Origin: an uncultured delta proteobacterium
Lineage (GTDB): Bacteria > Desulfobacterota > RBG-13-43-22
Reading direction: 5' to 3'
Assembly (NCBI GenBank): GCA_963711835.1
Contig: CAVQFQ010000017.1
Span: forward strand, 320,001 to 384,000
Length of the DNA: 64,000 nt
Shown: positions 58,303 through 64,000 of the stretch, in pieces
Position numbering within the stretch: the stretch's first letter is position 1
Layout of the letters: every line of letters begins with the position of its first letter
Program-made: the position numbers and the translations under genes
The notes under the pieces: model-generated
What the model saw: only the letters and a program-made list of their open reading frames with translations
The model's database searches: none
Told to the model about the DNA's origin: nothing

Positions 58303-60204
58303 ATGAACCACCATGCAGAAAGGACGCTGATGTACCAAAAGAAGCTGATTACCGTAGGCGAGGCCTTAAAGACCATTAAAAAGGGGAGCCGGATTTTTAT
58401 CGGCTGCGGCTGCGGCGAGCCGCAATTCCTGGTGGAAAATCTGGTGGCCCAAGCCGATAAAATGTACGATGTGGAAATTCTGCATGTGCTCTCCATACGT
58501 GATCCGGGCTATACCGCCGCCCGGCTGGGAGGGCATTTCAGGGTCCAGAGCTTCTTTGTTGCCGGCCGGGGGGCCCGAGAAGCGGTCTGGGAAGGCCGAG
58601 CGGAATACATCCCCATTTTTATCTCCGATATCCCCCGTCTATTGAATGACCGGCGACTCGAGATTGATACAGCCTTTATCCAAGTTTCCCCGCCGGACAA
58701 AAATGGCTTTATGAGCTTGGGGATTGCCGTAGATGTGGCCAAGGAAGCCATCGAGGCGGCCGAAAAGGTTGTCGTCCAAGTCAATCCGGCTATGCCCGTC
58801 ACCTTTGGCGACAGTTTTATCCATATCAGCGAAGTGGATTATATCGTGGAACAGGAGGAGCCCCTTTTGGAAGTGGTTTCTCCCCATCTGTCTGAAAGGG
58901 ATATGCTCATCGGCCGTAATGTGGCCCGTCTCATAGAGGATGGATCAACGATTCATGCTGATTTGGGCCACCTTCCGGCAGCGGCCCTACACTGCCTAAA
59001 AGACAAAAAGGAGCTTGGGGTCCACACCGACATGCTTACCCCGGCCTATTTGGATCTGATCCGGTCAGGGGTGATCACCAACCGGAAAAAGGAAATCAAC
59101 CGGAAGAAGGTAGTGGCCTCCTATTGTCTGGGAAACAAGGAGCTGTTTGATTTTGTACATCTTAATCCCTTTGTGGAATTTTACCCCATCGCCTATACCA
59201 ATAATCCCCAGGTGATCGGCCAGCACGAGCAGATGATTTCCATTCATGAGGCCATGGAAGTGGATTTTACCGGGATGGTCTGCGCCTCGGTTCAGCAAAA
59301 TAAAATTTTCTCCGGCATTGGGGGCTTGGTGGATTTTATGCGGGGTACCTGGCAATCCAAAAAAGGAAAATTTATTATGGCCCTCCATTCCATTTCCTCG
59401 GACGGCCGGGATTCCCGCATCGTCCCCTCACTTGCGCCCGGGTCAGGCATCATCGCCAGCCGGGCCGCCGTAAGCTATGTCGTAACCGAATTCGGCTCGG
59501 TAAATCTGCACGCCAAATCCCTTCGGGACCGGGCCCTGGCCATGATTGAAATAACGCATCCCAAATTCCGCCAAGAATTTCTGAATCGAGCCAAGGACGA
59601 AGGACTCCTGGCTCATGGAGAACCCATCACCTTTCAAACTGCGATGCCTTATCCTCAGGAACTGGAAAGGAAGATATCCGCAGAAGGTGAAGTTATGATC
59701 ATTCGTCCGGCCAAACCGACCGATGTCAGGATCATCCAGGAATTTTTTTACGGTCTCAATGACCACGATATTTATTTTCGCTTTTTGAGGTCCAGGCGGG
59801 CCTTCCCCCGGGAAGAGATGGCGGCCATGGCCGACATTGATTACCACAATAAAATGACCCTGTTGTGCCTCACCGGCGAGGTAGGGTTTGAAAAAGTCAT
59901 TTCCATCTGCCGCTACATCTCGGTTGCCGAAAAGGACATGGTTGAAATAGATATTGCAGTGGCCGAAGAGTATCGCCAGAAGGGCATCGGCAAGGCTATG
60001 CTGGAAAAGATCTTTGCGATTGCCCATGAAAAAGGGTTTAAGGGCATCATGGCCAATGTGGATTACGACAACCCGAAAATGCTCCATCTGCTGAAACAAT
60101 TGGGATATAACCTGCGGGCCGCCCTGGATCATGGGGTCTATGAAATAGAAATCCTTTTTGAGGAGAAGTCCGACGATCCTTCCTTTGTAGTCACCTATAC
60201 CTGA
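58303..60204 (+). CDS. Acetyl-CoA hydrolase/transferase-like domain fused to a GNAT acetyltransferase
   Basis: QVSPPD..SLG, SGIGG.VDF.RG and VVTEFG; C-terminal IYFRF..IDY..YRQKGIG. Confidence 0.88.
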   Translation: MNHHAERTLMYQKKLITVGEALKTIKKGSRIFIGCGCGEPQFLVENLVAQADKMYDVEILHVLSIRDPGYTAARLGGHFRVQSFFVAGRGAREAVWEGRAEYIPIFISDIPRLLNDRRLEIDTAFIQVSPPDKNGFMSLGIAVDVAKEAIEAAEKVVVQVNPAMPVTFGDSFIHISEVDYIVEQEEPLLEVVSPHLSERDMLIGRNVARLIEDGSTIHADLGHLPAAALHCLKDKKELGVHTDMLTPAYLDLIRSGVITNRKKEINRKKVVASYCLGNKELFDFVHLNPFVEFYPIAYTNNPQVIGQHEQMISIHEAMEVDFTGMVCASVQQNKIFSGIGGLVDFMRGTWQSKKGKFIMALHSISSDGRDSRIVPSLAPGSGIIASRAAVSYVVTEFGSVNLHAKSLRDRALAMIEITHPKFRQEFLNRAKDEGLLAHGEPITFQTAMPYPQELERKISAEGEVMIIRPAKPTDVRIIQEFFYGLNDHDIYFRFLRSRRAFPREEMAAMADIDYHNKMTLLCLTGEVGFEKVISICRYISVAEKDMVEIDIAVAEEYRQKGIGKAMLEKIFAIAHEKGFKGIMANVDYDNPKMLHLLKQLGYNLRAALDHGVYEIEILFEEKSDDPSFVVTYT

Positions 60205-60226
60205 AAGCAGGGTAGGGTCTTAAAAT

Positions 60227-60283
60227 TTGACTTCCCTTTTAAGATCCAATATTATTCAATTATCAAACATTGTTCGATAATTG
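60227..60283 (+). promoter_or_regulatory. Sigma70 promoter with an overlapping palindromic operator
   Basis: TTGACT-17-TATTAT (60227-60255), immediately followed by CAATTATCAAACA-T-TGTTCGATAATTG (12/13 IR). Confidence 0.7.
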
Positions 60284-60409
60284 CAGTTCTTAATAAACCT
60301 CCCCGTAGTCCCGCTGTGAGCGGGAGGGGATAGAGGGGGAGGAGACTAAGAGGTTCCCAGTAGCGAGTTGCGGGGAATAATCAAGTTTAATTAAAAGAAG
60401 GGTTAAGTC

Positions 60410-61246
60410 ATGCTGGAGGATTTGAAAGAAAAGGTGGCCCTGGTGACCGGGGCCGGCAAGAGGACCGGAATCGGCTATGCCATTGCCAAGAAGTTGGCCT
60501 CCCTGGGGACCCATGTGGTTGTGGCTGATTTGGGGAACCTGGCCCAGGAAAGCGGCGAAGTGGCCTTCGGAAGCCTGGAGGAGATGGAGAGCATCGCCGG
60601 GGAATTGAAGCAGGATTTCGGCGTCCGGAGCCTGGGGGTACCGCTGGATGTCTCCCGCAGCGATTCGATCGATCACATGGTAAAAGCCCTAAAGGATCAC
60701 TATGGGGCTATCGATATCCTCTGCAATAATGCCGGGGCTTCTTTCGGAGTCCCCAACAGCGTGGTGACCTACGATGAGGCGGCCTGGATGAAGACCATCG
60801 AGGTCAACCTGCACGGGGTTTTCCGGGTTTCCCGGGCCGTCCTGCCCCTGATGATGGGCCGACCCGGAAGCATTATCAACACGGCCTCCCGGGCCGGAAA
60901 GGTGCCTCCGATTTTTAACGGGGCCTATGCCGTGGCCAAGGCCGGGGTCATCATGTTGACCAAGGTTATGGCCAAGGAACTGGCCGGGGCCGGGATCCGG
61001 GTCAATGCCATCTGTCCGGGACAGATCCAGACCGATCTGGAAAAATGGCGCTTTGAGCTGGAGGCCCGTTTCTTCGGAAGCACGGTGGAGGAGCGGGAGC
61101 AAGAGATGTGCAAAACCATTCCCTTGGGACGCATCGGCTCCACCGAGGAGGTGGCTAATCTGGCGGCCTTTTTGGCCTCCGAGGCCTCCTCGTATATGAC
61201 CGGCCAAGCCATTAATGTGACCGGCGGCCAATTGATGGAACTATGA
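60410..61246 (+). CDS. Short-chain dehydrogenase/reductase
   Basis: TGAG..GIG, NNAG, YAVAK and VNAICPG. Confidence 0.92.
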   Translation: MLEDLKEKVALVTGAGKRTGIGYAIAKKLASLGTHVVVADLGNLAQESGEVAFGSLEEMESIAGELKQDFGVRSLGVPLDVSRSDSIDHMVKALKDHYGAIDILCNNAGASFGVPNSVVTYDEAAWMKTIEVNLHGVFRVSRAVLPLMMGRPGSIINTASRAGKVPPIFNGAYAVAKAGVIMLTKVMAKELAGAGIRVNAICPGQIQTDLEKWRFELEARFFGSTVEEREQEMCKTIPLGRIGSTEEVANLAAFLASEASSYMTGQAINVTGGQLMEL

Positions 61247-61272
61247 AATAAATTCAGATTATTACCGTTATT

Positions 61273-61350
61273 ACCGCAAAGGCGCAAAGGACGCAAAGAA
61301 ATCACCTAAGAAGAAAAGATTTATCTTTGCGTCCTTTGCGCCTTTGCGGT
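61273..61350. repeat. Perfect 27-bp inverted repeat built of GCAAAG-containing 8-9-mers
   Basis: ACCGCAAAGGCGCAAAGGACGCAAAGA / TCTTTGCGTCCTTTGCGCCTTTGCGGT. Confidence 0.85.
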
Positions 61351-61369
61351 GAATCCTAAGGAGGAGAAG

Positions 61370-63064
61370 ATGGAAGCTGTAACCGGAGCTGCCTTAGCCG
61401 CCGAAGCCTTGATCGAAAGGGAGATCCCTTACATTTTTACCTTAAGCGGCGGGCATATTACCCCTATTTATCAATACCTGGAAAACTCACCGATTAAACT
61501 CTTCGACACCCGCCATGAACAGGCCGCTGTTTTCATGGCCGAGGCCTGGGGCCGCCTGACCCGCAACCCGGGAGTGGCCATGGTTACCGCCGGGCCGGGC
61601 TTCACCAATGCCCTGACGGCGGTTGCCAACGCCCGTCTGGCCAATTCTCCTCTGGTGCTTCTATCCGGCTGTGTCGGGCTCGAATGCAACGAAAAGCTGG
61701 ATCTCCAGGATATGCGCCAGGCCCCGGTTATCGAGCCCATGGTCAAAAAGGCCTTGATCTGCCACAAGCCCGAACGGGTCCATGAATTCGTGGATCTGGC
61801 CTTCCGAACGGCCCGAAGCGGCCGGCCGGGTCCGGTTTATCTGGAGCTGCCAGTGGATGTCTTGAACAGCCAGGCCCCTTCATCGGCTATCAAAAAGACC
61901 CATACCCGGGTCGAGTCCCGCCCGATGGATCCGGACCAGTGCCGAAAAATACTGGGGATGATCCAGGAGGCCGAGCGGCCGATCGTCATCGCCGGAAGCG
62001 GCGCCTGGTATTCCGATGCCGAAAAGGAATTAGTCTCTTTCGTCGAAAAAACCGGCCTTCCGGTCTTTACCTCCAGCCTGGGCCGGGGTACTATTTCCGA
62101 CAGCCATCCCCTCTGTTTTGAATCCTCTCTGGCCATCCGCCCCGGAGCGGCCATGTTCGCCAATATGAATGCCGATCTGGTCCTTTTTTTAGGTGCCCGC
62201 ATGAGTCTCTTTTACATCTTTGGGGACCTCTTTAATCCGAGCGCTAAAATCATTCAGGTGGATATCGAAGCCGAGGAAATAGGCCGCAACCGAACCATTG
62301 ATCTGGCCGTGGTCAGCGACCTCCAGGCCCTGCTCCGGAACTGCAATAAGATCCTGGAGGAACCCGGAGCCTACCAAGCCCGGCCCGAGCGGTTGGAATC
62401 CTGGGTCTCCTCGTTGCGGGCCGCCCATGAGGAAAATAAATCCTTTTATAAAGCCCCCTGGGAAAGCACCGCCGTGCCCATTCATCCCCTTAGGCTGGCC
62501 GCCGAAATCAATCGCTTCATGGACCGGGAGGGGGATGTCGTTGTAGCCGACGGCGGAGACACCCAGGTCTGGATGGGCATGACCCGCACGATCCGCAGGC
62601 CCGGCCATTACCTGGATTCAGGTTTATACGGCTGCCTGGGCGTGGGCCTGCCCTACGCCAATGCCGCCCGGCTCCTTTACCCCGACCAGCGGGTCTGCCT
62701 GATCACCGGCGACGGCTCGGTGGGCTTTAATTTTATGGAATTTGAAACGGCCCTGCGAAAGCAATTGCCCATTGTGGTGGTGATCAGCAATGACCTGGGC
62801 TGGGGCATGATCCGCCACAGCCAAGAACTGCGCCTGGGCCACGCCATCCCGGATGGAACCTATATCGGCAAAGTGGACTACCACAAAATGGTTGAGGCCC
62901 TGGGTGGCAAAGGGCTTTATGTGGAACGGCCGGAAGATATCCGTCCGGCCCTGGAAGAGGCCTTTACCTCCGGGAAAACAGCCTGCATCAATGTGATGAC
63001 CGATCCGACCACGATCAGCCCGGGCAGCGTAGCCCTGGCAAATCTAGGGGCGTATAAGGCTTAA
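61370..63064 (+). CDS. Thiamine diphosphate-dependent enzyme (acetolactate synthase / 2-hydroxyacyl-CoA lyase-like)
   Basis: RHEQAA, TAGPGFTN, RPGPVYLE and GDGS..SND ThDP motif. Confidence 0.9.
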   Translation: MEAVTGAALAAEALIEREIPYIFTLSGGHITPIYQYLENSPIKLFDTRHEQAAVFMAEAWGRLTRNPGVAMVTAGPGFTNALTAVANARLANSPLVLLSGCVGLECNEKLDLQDMRQAPVIEPMVKKALICHKPERVHEFVDLAFRTARSGRPGPVYLELPVDVLNSQAPSSAIKKTHTRVESRPMDPDQCRKILGMIQEAERPIVIAGSGAWYSDAEKELVSFVEKTGLPVFTSSLGRGTISDSHPLCFESSLAIRPGAAMFANMNADLVLFLGARMSLFYIFGDLFNPSAKIIQVDIEAEEIGRNRTIDLAVVSDLQALLRNCNKILEEPGAYQARPERLESWVSSLRAAHEENKSFYKAPWESTAVPIHPLRLAAEINRFMDREGDVVVADGGDTQVWMGMTRTIRRPGHYLDSGLYGCLGVGLPYANAARLLYPDQRVCLITGDGSVGFNFMEFETALRKQLPIVVVISNDLGWGMIRHSQELRLGHAIPDGTYIGKVDYHKMVEALGGKGLYVERPEDIRPALEEAFTSGKTACINVMTDPTTISPGSVALANLGAYKA

Positions 63065-63205
63065 CCGTGTTAGAGGTTGGAGGACCGTCCGCCTCCGGCG
63101 GACTCGAGGGTGGAGGCAACGGCCTCAAACCTCCAACCTCAATCCTCCAACAGGTTGGGGTGAGTCTGAAAGAATGCCATGAACTTTTTATAGGGGGGAG
63201 GCATT

Positions 63206-64000
63206 ATGAACAAGGTCATTAGTGATTCCGAAGGCTATTTGCTGTCCAAAGGCCATTCCTATTATGTCTTTATCCTCCTTTTTCTGCTCTACTTTTTTGA
63301 CTACGTCGACCGGATGGTGGTGGTCTCGCTTTTCCCCTTCCTGCAGAAGGACTGGGGGCTATCGGATACCCAGTGCGGCATGCTGGTTTCGGCGGTCTAT
63401 TGGGCGATCGTTCTTTTTTCCTTCCCAATTTCGCTGTTGATCGACCGCTGGAGCAGGAAAAAAAGCATCGGCCTCATGGCCATCCTGTGGAGTTTGGCCA
63501 CGGCCGCCTGCGCCTTCACCAGAAATTTCAGCCAACTTTTTGCGGCCCGAACCGCCATCGGCCTCGGCGAGGCCGGGTATGCGCCGGGGGGCACGGCCAT
63601 GATCTCAGCCCTTTTTCCTGAAAAAAAGCGGGCCATGCTGGTGGGCATCTGGAACATCTCTATACCCCTGGGCAGCGCCATTGGCATCGCCCTGGGCGGA
63701 TATATCGCTGTGCATTACGGCTGGCGCCAGGCCTTCGGACTGGTGGCCCTTCCGGGCTTTATCGTTGCGGTGCTTTTCTTTTTTATCCGGGATTATAAAA
63801 CCATTGAACTGGTAAAAACCAAAGAAACAGATAAGGCCTGTCCTGTCCCGACCAAACTAAGCCCCAGGGATGTGGTCCGTGAATTGGCTCGAACCCCATC
63901 CCTGCTCTTGACCTATATCGGTTTTGCCGGCAACACCTTTTTAACCACCTCTCTCTTAAGCTGGCTGCCTACTTTCCTTCATCGCTTTGAAAACCTCCCT
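63206..64000 (+). CDS. MFS transporter (spinster-like; partial, runs off the right edge)
   Basis: Hand translation: LLFLLYFFDYVDRMVV..DWGLSDTQCG..IDRWSRKK..ARTAIGLGEAGYAPGG. Confidence 0.88.
   Translation, partial: MNKVISDSEGYLLSKGHSYYVFILLFLLYFFDYVDRMVVVSLFPFLQKDWGLSDTQCGMLVSAVYWAIVLFSFPISLLIDRWSRKKSIGLMAILWSLATAACAFTRNFSQLFAARTAIGLGEAGYAPGGTAMISALFPEKKRAMLVGIWNISIPLGSAIGIALGGYIAVHYGWRQAFGLVALPGFIVAVLFFFIRDYKTIELVKTKETDKACPVPTKLSPRDVVRELARTPSLLLTYIGFAGNTFLTTSLLSWLPTFLHRFENLP

Noticed and set aside
1-64000. tRNA or rRNA genes
   Set aside because: No cloverleaf or rRNA-like segment was recognised by eye; a tRNAscan/Rfam run would be needed to exclude them formally.

Overview
Chromosomal window (roughly 50-55% GC by eye) from an anaerobic bacterium, most consistent with Desulfobacterota/Deltaproteobacteria. 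The taxonomy is inferred from gene content only. Left part: a cytoplasmic PsrA/PhsA-like molybdoenzyme in an operon with a NuoE / NuoF-GltD fusion / Fe-S module, divergent from a PsrB-like Fe-S protein, gcvH and lpdA. These are followed by riboswitch-controlled cobT, a TIR-flanked RAYT transposase, a lipB-lipA fusion and a split TauE exporter. Middle: two PIN toxin-antitoxin pairs, dsbD, Ig-like lipoproteins, a porin, a GH13 enzyme, csp, an Mvh-type [NiFe]-hydrogenase operon led by a GltD-like flavoprotein, lemA/TPM genes, and an Fe-S/oxidative-stress cluster whose IscS lacks the PLP lysine. Right part: secreted peptidases with a YLPLIL-type C-terminus, hbd, yqgE, yedF, a Na/Pi transporter, a CoA-transferase-GNAT fusion and an SDR-TPP enzyme-MFS operon. 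The most striking layer is non-coding. A small GIY-YIG nuclease gene is enclosed by a perfect 28-bp inverted pair of CGTC-type REPs plus outer TIRs. Four gene-less copies of the same REP pair occur elsewhere, one of them forming the in-frame LipB-LipA linker, alongside several other MITE and palindrome families. About eight single-indel frameshifts suggest an error-prone assembly, so broken genes should be read with caution. No rRNA, tRNA or CRISPR array was seen.
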